Positions 17,803 through 27,704 of a DNA stretch of 64,000 bases are shown piece after piece. Each line of letters starts with the position of its first letter. The first letter of the stretch is position 1. Origin of the DNA: Candidatus Latescibacterota bacterium (GTDB taxonomy: Bacteria; Latescibacterota; UBA2968; UBA8231); contig CBDETK010000013.1 in the NCBI GenBank assembly GCA_965242865.1, positions 768,001 to 832,000 of the forward strand. The letters run 5' to 3'. A program made the position numbers and the translations under genes. Under the pieces are notes generated by a model. That model saw only the letters and a program-made list of their open reading frames with translations, ran no database searches and was not told the DNA's origin.

Positions 17803-20706
17803 TTAGGCGTCAATCCGCGTCTTTTTGCCGCCGTGGACGCTCGGCTCGGCGCACCATTGGGCGCGCAAAATGGCGAGCGGTTCAAGGGCGGCTTCGGGCA
17901 GGTGCAATAGGTCGATCAGGACAGCGCGGTCGAGGGCTTGGCGAGCGTCGTCCCGATACGCCTCGTTAGCTGGGAGGAACTCCTTTTCCTTGAAGCTCGT
18001 AAAGATGGCTTCGGCTTGGGCGAGTTGCTCTTTGCTGAGGGCACGTGGGTCCAGAACCGTCAGACGGGGCAGTTGAGTGATTGTCAGACACGCACGGCCC
18101 TGCTGCTGTCGGGTCCCGACCCACCAGAAGGCGAGGAGGCCTAGAGTTGTGTTGGACCACAAGACGAGGGGGACGCTCCACTCGTCTTGTTCCGATATGA
18201 AGTTGGGCCATGCCCGGCCACCGATGGCTTTAGTTGGCGTAAGGCAAGCGGTGAGGCTCTGCGAGTTGATCTGAAAATCTCGGTTAAAGTGCAGCCGCGA
18301 GGCCGTTTCGTTCCAAACCTCAACCGACAGGGCATCGCAGCCGGGTCGTACCTCGCCTTCGCTATCAGGTCGGACTATGAGACTCCGTTCACGCTTGGCA
18401 TCGTGGCCCCACAACGCCGGATATTGCGGCACACCCTGAATGGGGATGATTTCAAATGGCCCTCGTGGTGTCCCATTGCTGGCTTTCCCGGCGATGTCGC
18501 GGTCGAGCAACCCTTTCTCGCCGAGTTCTCCAAGATGAGTTGTCGCCAGCGGCGCGTCGTATCCTCGCGGTAGCCGGAGCGCCCCTGCCGCCAGACCGAG
18601 GGCAGCATCCGCCAGCGTCGTTTCGCGCAGAGACGCGCACCCTCCTTGATTCAGCGGTGCTCGGATGTACGTGCCAACCGTCTCGCTGTTGCCGATGCAC
18701 AACCGACCCTGCCGAACTTGAGCCGGCAGCCGACGCACGGCCCGCGCCATCTCAAAGGCTTCCGCGATACTGCCCGGTCGATAATAAAGATTGACGAACA
18801 GCGTTTCCCCGCTTTCCCCGTTTCCCGCCTCGCGCCGCTTGTTCGCCACGACGAGGGCCTCGGCCATCCCGGTATCCGCTGAAAACGCCCGATCCGTATC
18901 TCCGTGCGCCGCAATGGTCAGCACTGCCACGTCCTCGTACTCGCGCTCCAACAACCGCCGAAAGTCCCTCCAAGAGCCGCCACTCACACACGCTGCCGGC
19001 AGCACCAGCGCGAGGACGCCACCGGACTTGAGCTTGACGTGGGCTAGGTCGATAAAGTTGGAAGCCAAGCCCGCATTGCCGTGCCCGACCGGATCGGTCA
19101 ACCGCCGCCTGATCTCGACCAGACGCTTGGACATAGCTTGTTGCTCGTCTTGGGTCGTGTTCAGTCCAGCAAACGACGGCACCGGCACCTCGGCCTTTTC
19201 GTGATTGGTGGGCCGCGTAAACGGCGGGTTCATAATCACCAGATCCGCCGTTTCGCGGGGGAGGATCATGTCTTGGCTCCCCTCGGCTTCCACATCCTCG
19301 CCCGTGCCGTGCGCCACGGTGGCACCCGTCCCAAACAGCGATGGCGCGGTGTCGTCCTCAATCAGATCGAGTGCGCCCAACGCCATAGTATGCCGCTTTT
19401 CCTGACTCTGCTGGCCGTAGGGCAGGGTGTGGACGCGGGTGTGGCCAAAGGTCGTCCCCGGATGAGCACTCGACAGGATGGACGCGGTCAAGTGCGTGGC
19501 CGCTGGCATGATGTCGGCCGCGACGAGGGCGCGTTCCATCATTTGCCGATGCAGCGTCTGATCGTCGCCGCCGGTCCGCCGATGCCGTGCCGATAGTGCG
19601 CGATACGCCGCCGACAGCAACGCACCCGTGCCACAGGCTAAGTCCGCGACTTGTAGGCCGATGAGAGCGTCCGGGTCGGACCAATCCGCGTCCGCGTCCA
19701 AACGAGCCACCGCCAACTCCCCGAGCAGAGCCGCCGACGTCGGCAGGGTGTAAAACGTGGCGAGGAACTTGCGGTCCGCGATGAGCCGTTGGAACATCCG
19801 CCCAGAAAGATCGTGCAAGGTGGTCGCGCCCAAGCCCGCTAAGTCGCTGGCCGCTTGCGCGAGGCGGTTGAGAACCGCATTGGCCGCGCCGTCGGGAATG
19901 GGTAGCAGCAAATCGGAGGCAATGCGAAAGATCGGATAGTAGTTGATGTCTTTGAGGATGTGCTGCCAGCATTTGATCAGACGGCTCTTGCTGACGTCGT
20001 TGCGCCCCGGAATCCGCAATTCGTCGATAGTGTCAATCCCGTGCGCTTCGACAATCGCGGTGTGAAAAACGAGCGCGTTGGCGACGATAGCCATGGCCAT
20101 GCGCGAGGTTTGCTCGCCATCCTCTTGATGGAGGGACCGCGCCATATTCTCCAGCGCGTGCGTGCCAGCCGTTTCGCGCAGCTTGCCAGCGGCCTCGCCA
20201 ATGCTCTGCTCCAGAATCTGCGTCCCCTCGGCGAGCAGCCGCTCGGACAGCGACACGTTCTCAACACAGCTCGCCAGATCGTCAATGCTACCGACGAGCC
20301 AGCCGGTGGCCGGCCAGCGCACGGCCCTATCCGCCGCTTGCAGCGCGTGGGTGCAATAGCGGAACTCGGCCGCTGCGATCGCCTGCTCCAAGTCTTGCTG
20401 CGGCACCTCGCTCAGGGCTTGCGGAATTTGGACGGCAATGGTTTGCTCAATCTGCGCACCTTGGTACTGCAAGAACTGCCTCAAGCGTTTGCGGGCGTCT
20501 TCTTCGACGCTGCGCGCCGGTTCAAACTCGGTTTCGAGGACGACCGGAATGCCGCCCGGCGGGCGAATGACGATGTCCGGCCGCTGCGCGGCCTCGCGGA
20601 CGACGCCCTGTTGCTCCGCCCCGGTGCGGTCGCGCCAACGCGGATGCTTGGTCCGCAGCACATTCGACAGGGCGACGTTAAAGGCGATTTCGTTGGTTCG
20701 GGGCAC
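17803..20706 (-). CDS. Type IIG-like fused restriction endonuclease / N6-adenine methyltransferase
   Basis: N-terminal PD...ETE nuclease-like motif, FYT, motif I DLACGTGALL, motif IV NPPF, and a long C-terminal putative target-recognition region. Confidence 0.8.
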   Translation of the reverse strand: MPRTNEIAFNVALSNVLRTKHPRWRDRTGAEQQGVVREAAQRPDIVIRPPGGIPVVLETEFEPARSVEEDARKRLRQFLQYQGAQIEQTIAVQIPQALSEVPQQDLEQAIAAAEFRYCTHALQAADRAVRWPATGWLVGSIDDLASCVENVSLSERLLAEGTQILEQSIGEAAGKLRETAGTHALENMARSLHQEDGEQTSRMAMAIVANALVFHTAIVEAHGIDTIDELRIPGRNDVSKSRLIKCWQHILKDINYYPIFRIASDLLLPIPDGAANAVLNRLAQAASDLAGLGATTLHDLSGRMFQRLIADRKFLATFYTLPTSAALLGELAVARLDADADWSDPDALIGLQVADLACGTGALLSAAYRALSARHRRTGGDDQTLHRQMMERALVAADIMPAATHLTASILSSAHPGTTFGHTRVHTLPYGQQSQEKRHTMALGALDLIEDDTAPSLFGTGATVAHGTGEDVEAEGSQDMILPRETADLVIMNPPFTRPTNHEKAEVPVPSFAGLNTTQDEQQAMSKRLVEIRRRLTDPVGHGNAGLASNFIDLAHVKLKSGGVLALVLPAACVSGGSWRDFRRLLEREYEDVAVLTIAAHGDTDRAFSADTGMAEALVVANKRREAGNGESGETLFVNLYYRPGSIAEAFEMARAVRRLPAQVRQGRLCIGNSETVGTYIRAPLNQGGCASLRETTLADAALGLAAGALRLPRGYDAPLATTHLGELGEKGLLDRDIAGKASNGTPRGPFEIIPIQGVPQYPALWGHDAKRERSLIVRPDSEGEVRPGCDALSVEVWNETASRLHFNRDFQINSQSLTACLTPTKAIGGRAWPNFISEQDEWSVPLVLWSNTTLGLLAFWWVGTRQQQGRACLTITQLPRLTVLDPRALSKEQLAQAEAIFTSFKEKEFLPANEAYRDDARQALDRAVLIDLLHLPEAALEPLAILRAQWCAEPSVHGGKKTRIDA

Positions 20707-20719
20707 GGTTCGAGAAAGC

Positions 20720-21280
20720 TCAGTCGATTTGAATGGCGTGAGCGGCTAGTTTTCCGTCCAACTCGGTGGACGGGATAATATCGACCACATCCATCATCTC
20801 TTTAGTCAATGGACTTTTTAGAAAACCTTTCAACCTGTCTCTGTCTGTCAGGTTATCCATCACCATAACGGAATCCGGCGAAGCGGCGGTCGCCACGAGC
20901 CAGAATTGAAACTTGTTCTCCGGCAGAAACGCTTTCACATCGGTCCGCGAGCTCGACAGGCGACACAAGACCAACATGGACCCGTACAGCTTGAGACGGT
21001 TTTCTTTAAGAACTTCATCGTAGAGCAAGTCAGCTTGGTCGTCGTCGTTGAGGTAATCGTATTTTTCTTTGAAGTCAGTGATTGTGCTCGCCAAGTTGGT
21101 CTCCTCGATAAGAATGACGCTTTGTTGATCGTTGCTGACCGTTACGTAGTCGCAGCACTCGCAGGTCCCGAGCTTGGCCGCACGACGCATGTTGGATTCT
21201 TTCGCCGTGCTGTCCATCCGATACGCTTTGAAGCCGCTGGCAGACGACTCTATTGACTCGACGAATTGGGATAAGGGCAT
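20720..21280 (-). CDS. Hypothetical protein coupled to the ATPase (possible degenerate PD-(D/E)XK nuclease)
   Basis: Starts 1 bp after the ATPase stop; CDY...IEE...E..LK pattern. Confidence 0.6.
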   Translation of the reverse strand: MPLSQFVESIESSASGFKAYRMDSTAKESNMRRAAKLGTCECCDYVTVSNDQQSVILIEETNLASTITDFKEKYDYLNDDDQADLLYDEVLKENRLKLYGSMLVLCRLSSSRTDVKAFLPENKFQFWLVATAASPDSVMVMDNLTDRDRLKGFLKSPLTKEMMDVVDIIPSTELDGKLAAHAIQID

Positions 21281-21281
21281 T

Positions 21282-22643
21282 CTACAGCCCTTTGATGTAG
21301 AGATCGGAGAAAGGCTTCGTCAGCGACTGTTTGACCTCTGCCAGTACCGCATCCATGTCGTCGTTCCATTCGGCATCCGGCGGAAACTTATTCAACCTGA
21401 CCAACTCCCGATCTTCTGGGTTTTTCTTTACATGCACCTCAAGCCACTTGAGAATCGTCATGCTATGGGTAGAGACGACCACGTTGACTCCCTGACGGGC
21501 TAACTCAAAGAGGATCGCCGCCATCTCAACTTGCCAAGCCGAATGGAGATTGGACTCCGGTTCATCGAAAAAAAGAAAAGAGCCGCGCTCTAAGGCCCCT
21601 CGTTCAATCAACAGGGCCAGCATTCCCATATTTGCAACGCCCGCCGACGTGATGGAGAGCGGAATCGACTGGCCGTCTTTTTGAAATTCAAGATCGCCCG
21701 CTTCGCTCAGCACAATTTTTCCGCCAATCGCATCGTGCAGCCCGTTGTGGATTCCGGTGAGAGGATGGTCTATATGCGTCCTTCGGAGGGCAGCGGCTAG
21801 GTCGTAGAAGTAATCTGGGACGCCGTTCAGAGAATGCTCTAAAGGGGAACGCGAGCCGAGCTTAATCGACTCCAGAGGGTTTTTCAGTTTCCAATAAAGC
21901 GGAGACTCTAAATAGAAGACTTCGGGGAATGATTGCCCGTTCTCGACGATTTGCGGGCTGGGAATGAACTCAAAGTCCGCTTCATCTTCTTGTAATTCAC
22001 CTACTCCTTGGACGCTAAAATACAAGAAGGAATCGCCGTCCCCTTCGAACGTAAAAAAATTAGGCACTTGAAAATTTCCATATACATTCTGGCGAACCTT
22101 GTAAGACCATCCGTGGCGAATTGCCCATTCTAGGTCGCTGAAGAACTTTTCCAAATGATCTCTGATGATTTCGAGAGTGCCGTGCATATCAGATGAAGAG
22201 GCGTGGCCACCGGCTTTTCTCGTTTTAATGTCATTTTCGAGGGCGTGTAAGTGGCCCTTTATTTTTTCGGCTTCAACTACCAATGCAGGCTGCACCGCCT
22301 TGAGCGCGTCGAGTTCGCTTTGGCTCGGATAACTTGGGGGTGCCTCCTGTAGGATAGAGTTGATTTTTTTTAGCCCCTTTCTAATGGCGGACAGGGAGTG
22401 TTCTCCTCGCTCGCCATAATAGCGTTGCAAATTCAGGTCGAAGAAAGAGGTAATCTCATTAGAAAATGCTTCAAAAGACACGAAGGCGTGATTTGGGTTC
22501 CGCGCATCAAGTATCGAATACAACATCTTCGCCACGAGCGTCTTGCCGGTATTGTTCGGCCCGGCGAATACCGTGAATGGACCAACTTGGACGGTCGCCG
22601 CGTCGATTGGCCCCAAGTTCGCAATTTTCAACTGGAGGTCCAT
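21282..22643 (-). CDS. ABC-type AAA ATPase (AAA_15/AAA_21, defence-associated type)
   Basis: Walker A GPNNTGKT, signature SAG, Walker B/D-loop FFDEPESNLH and H-loop STHS. Confidence 0.88.
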   Translation of the reverse strand: MDLQLKIANLGPIDAATVQVGPFTVFAGPNNTGKTLVAKMLYSILDARNPNHAFVSFEAFSNEITSFFDLNLQRYYGERGEHSLSAIRKGLKKINSILQEAPPSYPSQSELDALKAVQPALVVEAEKIKGHLHALENDIKTRKAGGHASSSDMHGTLEIIRDHLEKFFSDLEWAIRHGWSYKVRQNVYGNFQVPNFFTFEGDGDSFLYFSVQGVGELQEDEADFEFIPSPQIVENGQSFPEVFYLESPLYWKLKNPLESIKLGSRSPLEHSLNGVPDYFYDLAAALRRTHIDHPLTGIHNGLHDAIGGKIVLSEAGDLEFQKDGQSIPLSITSAGVANMGMLALLIERGALERGSFLFFDEPESNLHSAWQVEMAAILFELARQGVNVVVSTHSMTILKWLEVHVKKNPEDRELVRLNKFPPDAEWNDDMDAVLAEVKQSLTKPFSDLYIKGL

Positions 22644-22709
22644 AAGTCCCTTCCTTTCTTTAGAGCCTCTATGTCCGCAGCCCGTCCAATAGCCGGGCGT
22701 TGAAGGCGG

Positions 22710-24089
22710 TTAGCCGGCGACCCGGTCGCCAAAGAGGGTGTGCGAGGTGGTGCGGGCGATGCGGATGGCTACGAACTCGTTGTGTGCGGCAGGTTGCGGG
22801 AAAATCGCTGTCTTGCCCTGTGGAGTGCGGCCGTAGTAGCGGGGCTGACCGTCGGCTGCTGGCCGCTTGGACGGGCCTTCGACCAAGACCTCGACCGTGC
22901 GACCGACATACCGCTGGTTGAGCTGGCGCGAAATGTCCTCTTGCAGGGCGATGATGTGCTGGAGACGCTCGCCCTTGACGGCTTCGGGGATGTCGTCGGG
23001 CAGCTTCTTGTGGGCGTAGGTGCCCTCGCGCTCTGAGTATTTGAACATGAACGCTGAGTCGTAGCGGATCTCTTCCATTAGGTCGCAGGTCTGGCGGAAG
23101 TCCGCGTCGGTCTCGCCGCAAAAGCCGGTGATGATGTCGGTCGTCAGGGCGAGATCGGGCAGGGCCGCACGCAGCTTCTGCACGAGCTGGCGGTATTGAT
23201 CGATGGTGTACCCGCGCCGCATGCGGGCGAGTTGGGCGTCCGACCCGCTCTGCACGGGCAGGTGCAGGCTCGGGCACACCGGGCCGACCTCGGCCATGGC
23301 GCGGATCACGCGGTCGGTAAAATCAACCGGATAGGGCGAGGTGAAGCGCACCCGCTCAATGCCCTCGACTTGGCTGACTTGCCGCAACAAATCGGCGAAA
23401 TCCACGCGGCCAGCGCGGTAGGAATTAACGGTCTGGCCGAGTAGGGTAACTTCCTTAAACCCCTCGGCCGCAAGGCGCTGGACTTGCTGCACGACCTCGT
23501 CAGCGGGCGCGCTGCGCTCCCGGCCGCGCACAAACGGCACAATGCAGAAGGTGCAGAATTTGTCGCAGCCGCGGATGATGGTGACCCAAGCGTTGGTGCC
23601 GGTGGTGCGCTGGGGGTGAACGCCGCTGTAGTTTTCCGAGCGGTCGAGCCGCACGTCTAAGAGCGCGTCGTCGCTGGATTGGGCGAGAAGCTGGGGCAGG
23701 CGGCGGTAGGAATCCGGCCCCATGACCAGATCGACGAAAGGAGCGCGGTCGGGCAAGGTCTTGCTCAGGTGCTGGGCCATGCAGCCGAGGATGCCCAAGG
23801 TGAGGTTGGGGCGGTGGGCTCGCAGCCCGTTGAGCTGGCTGACGCGGCCAATGACCCGCTCCTCAGCGTGTTCGCGCACCGCGCAGGTATTGAGCAGGAT
23901 GATGGCGGCCTGCTCGGCGCGTTCGGTAATCTGAAACCCAGCGTCCGCGAGGATGCTGGCCACTAACTCGCTGTCGGCCACGTTCATCTGGCAGCCGTAG
24001 GTTTCGATGTACACGCGGCGGCCCGCGGGGCCGGGCCGCGCGGCCACGGGCTGGGGTTCGACCGCGGTGTTGAGGAGAGGCAAGTTCAT
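22710..24089 (-). CDS. miaB: tRNA-2-methylthio-N6-dimethylallyladenosine synthase
   Basis: TYGCQMN..DSE, NTCAVRE, GCMAQ, CDKFCTFC and a TRAM domain. Confidence 0.93.
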   Translation of the reverse strand: MNLPLLNTAVEPQPVAARPGPAGRRVYIETYGCQMNVADSELVASILADAGFQITERAEQAAIILLNTCAVREHAEERVIGRVSQLNGLRAHRPNLTLGILGCMAQHLSKTLPDRAPFVDLVMGPDSYRRLPQLLAQSSDDALLDVRLDRSENYSGVHPQRTTGTNAWVTIIRGCDKFCTFCIVPFVRGRERSAPADEVVQQVQRLAAEGFKEVTLLGQTVNSYRAGRVDFADLLRQVSQVEGIERVRFTSPYPVDFTDRVIRAMAEVGPVCPSLHLPVQSGSDAQLARMRRGYTIDQYRQLVQKLRAALPDLALTTDIITGFCGETDADFRQTCDLMEEIRYDSAFMFKYSEREGTYAHKKLPDDIPEAVKGERLQHIIALQEDISRQLNQRYVGRTVEVLVEGPSKRPAADGQPRYYGRTPQGKTAIFPQPAAHNEFVAIRIARTTSHTLFGDRVAG

Positions 24090-25405
24090 GGGCGCGCTCC
24101 AAAAGTTAGCTCTTCGCGGGCTTGCTCAATTTGCACCTCCACGAACTCGTTGGGCGTGGCCGGCCCGGCGAAAAGGACCTTGATGTAGTTGTCGCTCAAG
24201 CCGACCTGCAAGCCGGTCGCTCGGTCGGGGCGGCCTTCGGCGAGGACTGGGAGCGAGCGGCCGACAAAGTGCTGGTGGAAGGCGAGCCGCTTGGCTGCGC
24301 CGAGGGCGATGAGCGCTTGGCTGCGCTCCTTTTTGACCGCGGCGGCTTGGGGGTCGGGCAGGCGCTCGGCCGGGGTGCCGTCGCGTTGCGAGTACGAAAA
24401 GACGTGGAGATACGTCAGGGGCAGGTCGGCTAGCAAGGCGCGGGTCTGGGCAAAATGCGCGTCGGTTTCCCCGGGAAAGCCCACCATGACGTCCGCGCCA
24501 AGGGCGCAATCGGGGATGCAGCGGGCAATGCGCTCAATTCGCTCGGCGTAGTAGGCCCGCGTGTAGCGCCGCCCCATGCGCTTGAGGATGCGGTCGTCGC
24601 CGCTTTGCAAGGGCACGTGGAAATGGCGGCACAAGGCCGGGGACGCTGCAACGTGGTCGATCAGCGCGTCGGTGACGTAGCCCGGCTCAATGGAGTTGAG
24701 GCGGATGCGCGCCAAGCCGTTGACTTGCTCCAGCGCGGCGAGCAGCTCGACGAGCGCCCCGGGCCGGCCTTGGTCGTGCCCGTAGCGCCCGGTGTGGACG
24801 CCGGTCAGGGCCAACTCGCGGTAGCCGGCCGCGACCATGCGCTCGGCTTGGGCTAGGACTTCGGCGGCCGGGCGGCTCGCGCTCGGCCCGCGCACGGCCG
24901 GGATGATGCAATAGGTGCAGTGCTCGTCGCAGCCGTCTTGGATTTGCAGGCTGCCGCGGGTGCGGCCTTGGGGCACCGCGCCGTCAATGGCGAGAAATTG
25001 CTCGGTGCGGGGCCGCGCGGCCGAGGGCGCGGGGAGCTCGACGCCGGCGAGATGCGATTCGAGTAGCTCGACGAGCTGGGCCTTGTGCCCGTTGCCCACG
25101 ACCAAATCGGCGCCGGCCGTGGTCAAGTCGGCTGGCCGCCGCTGGGCATAGCAGCCGGTGGCGACGACCTCGGCGCTCGGATTGCGCCGCCGGGCGCGGC
25201 GCACGGCCTTGCGCGAGTCCGCATCGCCGGCGCCGGTGACGGTGCAGGTATTGACTACGTACACGTCGGCTTCCGAGCGGAAGGGCACGATGGAATAGCC
25301 GCGCTCGGCTAGGCGGTGGGCGAGGGCTTCTACTTCGTAGGCATTGAGCTTGCAGCCCACGTTTTGCAGCGCCACGCGCGTATTTTCGGACGTTGGAGTA
25401 CCCAT
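24086..25405 (-). CDS. mtaB: Threonylcarbamoyladenosine tRNA methylthiotransferase
   Basis: GCKLN, NTCTVT, TGCYAQ, QDGCDEHCTYC and LHVFSYS. Confidence 0.9.
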   Translation of the reverse strand: MGTPTSENTRVALQNVGCKLNAYEVEALAHRLAERGYSIVPFRSEADVYVVNTCTVTGAGDADSRKAVRRARRRNPSAEVVATGCYAQRRPADLTTAGADLVVGNGHKAQLVELLESHLAGVELPAPSAARPRTEQFLAIDGAVPQGRTRGSLQIQDGCDEHCTYCIIPAVRGPSASRPAAEVLAQAERMVAAGYRELALTGVHTGRYGHDQGRPGALVELLAALEQVNGLARIRLNSIEPGYVTDALIDHVAASPALCRHFHVPLQSGDDRILKRMGRRYTRAYYAERIERIARCIPDCALGADVMVGFPGETDAHFAQTRALLADLPLTYLHVFSYSQRDGTPAERLPDPQAAAVKKERSQALIALGAAKRLAFHQHFVGRSLPVLAEGRPDRATGLQVGLSDNYIKVLFAGPATPNEFVEVQIEQAREELTFGARP

Positions 25406-25473
25406 AAGTACCTAAAGGGAAACGAGATAAACGATAAAGCTAAGGCTGGCCCTTCACTGGGGCAATGGGCCGT

Positions 25474-27702
25474 TCAGGCGGGTTCGAGCTGGGCGTAGGC
25501 GACCGCAATGCGTTTGATCTGGGTCTTAAAGCGGATGGAGAGCTTCATCTTTTCGCCGTGCCCTTCGCGGCTGACGATTTGCCCGCGCCCCCATTGGGGG
25601 TGGCGCACCCACTGGCCGACGGCGAGGAAGTCGTCTTGGGCGACGAGCTCGTCAAACCCGGATGCTGGCTCGGCGTCCCACTCGTAGTGGACGCCTGGGG
25701 GTGCTTTTTCGCGCTTGGGGCGCGGCGGGCTGACGCGCTGCCGGGCGCGGGCCACGCCGCGGTCCAACTCGTAGGTCTGAGCCGTTAGTTCGGAGGGGAT
25801 TTCGCCCAAGAACCGCGAGGGTTCGGTGGCGAGCAGCGAGCCGTACGCGTAGCGGCGCAGGGCATAGGTGAGGCTGAGCTGCTCGCGAGCGCGGGTCATG
25901 CCCACGTAGCAGAGCCGGCGCTCCTCCTCGATGGCTTGGGGATCGTCGATGGCCCGCGCGGTGGGAAAGAGGTTCTCTTCGAGGCCGCAGACAAAGACCA
26001 AGGGGAACTCTAAGCCCTTGGCGCTGTGCAAGGTCATCAAGGTAATGGCGTTGCCGTCGGCGTCGCTTTCGTCGGCCGAGGTCAGCAGGGACTTTTCTTC
26101 GAGATAGGTGGCTAAGGTGGCGTCTGGGTTTTCGTCGGCGTACTCGGTCATTTCGGCCAGCAACTGGTCGAGGTTTTGCAAGCGCGCCTCGGCTTCGGGG
26201 GTGTTTTCAGCCGCGAGCATGGAGCGGTAGCCGCTCTGTTCGACGACGGCAAAGCCCAGCTCGGGCAGGGAGCGCGTCTCGGTCGCGGCCATGAGCTCGC
26301 CAATTAGGTCGGCAAAAGCCGCGAGGCTCTTTTGGGCGCGGCTGCTGAGGCCGGGCACATCGCTGAGGTGGGCCAGCGCGGTGGAAAGGCTCCAGTCTTG
26401 GGTTTGGGCGAAATCCTGCAAGCGGGCGAGGGACTTGGCGCCAATGCCGCGCCGGGGCGTATTGACGATGCGGCGCAGGGCCATGTCGTCGGCCGGGTTG
26501 ACCAACAGGCGCAAATAGGCCAGCACATCGCGAATTTCGCGGCGGTCGTAAAAGCGGATGCCCCCGACGAGGACGTACGGCAGGCCGGCGCGCTGGAGCT
26601 CCTCTTCAAAGAGCCGCGACTGGGCGTTGGTGCGGTAGAGCACGGCCGCGTCCCCGAGGCGGTAGCGGCCCAAGCGGTCGTAGCGGCGGATGCACTCGAC
26701 GACGTGGCGGGCCTCGCGGCGGTCCGAGTCGCATTCGACGACTGCGACCGGGTCGCCCTCGGGGCCGTCGGTCCACAGCTCTTTGCCCTTGCGGCCTTGG
26801 TTGTGGCTGATGACCGCGTTGGCCGCGGCGAGGATGCGGCCGGTCGAGCGGTAGTTTTGCTCCAGCCGCACGCTGCGGGCGTCCGGGTAGTCGCGCTCAA
26901 AGTCGAGAATGTTGCGGAGGTCCGCGCCGCGGAATTGGTAGATCGATTGGTCGTCGTCGCCGACTACGCAGAGGTTGCGGTGGTGTGCCGCTAGCTGGCG
27001 GCAGAGCAAGTACTGGGGCCGGTTCGTGTCTTGGTATTCATCGACGAGCAGGTGCTCAAAGCGCGTTTGGTAGGTTTGCAGAATGCTGGGGTGACGCTCG
27101 AATTGGCGCACGACCAAAATGAGCAAGTCGTCGAAATCGAGGGCTTGGTTGCGGCCCAACTCGCGCTCGTAATCGGCGTAGAGTTCGGCGATTTGCCGCT
27201 GGGGCTCGGTCGCTTGGTCGGCAAATTCCAACGGGCCGAGCATGGCGTTTTTGGCGCGGCTGATCTGGCGGATGACCGCGCGGGGAGCGAGCTCGCGCTC
27301 GTCGATTTGGTGGGCGTCGAGCACGCGGCGCATGGTGGCGCGGCGGTCGTCTTCGTCGTAGATGGAGAAATTGGGATCGAGGCCAAACTCCGCGGCTTGG
27401 CGGCGCAGGATGCGCGCGCAGATCGCGTGGAAGGTGCCGACCCACAGCTCGCTGGCGGCCGACGAGCCGACGAGCTGCTCGATGCGCTCGCGCATTTCGC
27501 CGGCCGCTTTGTTGGTAAAGGTCGCGGCGAGGATGCGCCACGGGGCCACGCCGACCTCTTCGATGAGGAAGGCGATGCGATGGGTGAGGACGCGGGTTTT
27601 GCCCGACCCGGCCCCGGCGAGGATCAACAGGGGACCGCCCAAGGCTTCGGCCGCGCAGCGTTGCGCTGGATTGAGGGCGTCTAGTAGGCTGGGGCTGGCC
27701 AT
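25474..27702 (-). CDS. pcrA: ATP-dependent DNA helicase PcrA/UvrD
   Basis: ATG at 27702; AGAGSGKTRVLT, DEYQD, LYRTNAQSR, TLHSAKGLEF, EEERRLCYV and a C-terminal Tudor-like VRHPQWG domain. Confidence 0.93.
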   Translation of the reverse strand: MASPSLLDALNPAQRCAAEALGGPLLILAGAGSGKTRVLTHRIAFLIEEVGVAPWRILAATFTNKAAGEMRERIEQLVGSSAASELWVGTFHAICARILRRQAAEFGLDPNFSIYDEDDRRATMRRVLDAHQIDERELAPRAVIRQISRAKNAMLGPLEFADQATEPQRQIAELYADYERELGRNQALDFDDLLILVVRQFERHPSILQTYQTRFEHLLVDEYQDTNRPQYLLCRQLAAHHRNLCVVGDDDQSIYQFRGADLRNILDFERDYPDARSVRLEQNYRSTGRILAAANAVISHNQGRKGKELWTDGPEGDPVAVVECDSDRREARHVVECIRRYDRLGRYRLGDAAVLYRTNAQSRLFEEELQRAGLPYVLVGGIRFYDRREIRDVLAYLRLLVNPADDMALRRIVNTPRRGIGAKSLARLQDFAQTQDWSLSTALAHLSDVPGLSSRAQKSLAAFADLIGELMAATETRSLPELGFAVVEQSGYRSMLAAENTPEAEARLQNLDQLLAEMTEYADENPDATLATYLEEKSLLTSADESDADGNAITLMTLHSAKGLEFPLVFVCGLEENLFPTARAIDDPQAIEEERRLCYVGMTRAREQLSLTYALRRYAYGSLLATEPSRFLGEIPSELTAQTYELDRGVARARQRVSPPRPKREKAPPGVHYEWDAEPASGFDELVAQDDFLAVGQWVRHPQWGRGQIVSREGHGEKMKLSIRFKTQIKRIAVAYAQLEPA

Positions 27703-27704
27703 CC

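Noticed and set aside
10760-22710. att sites or target-site duplications bounding the island
   Set aside because: Only a short chance-level match (CGGGCGTT) was seen, and there is no recombinase or transposase.
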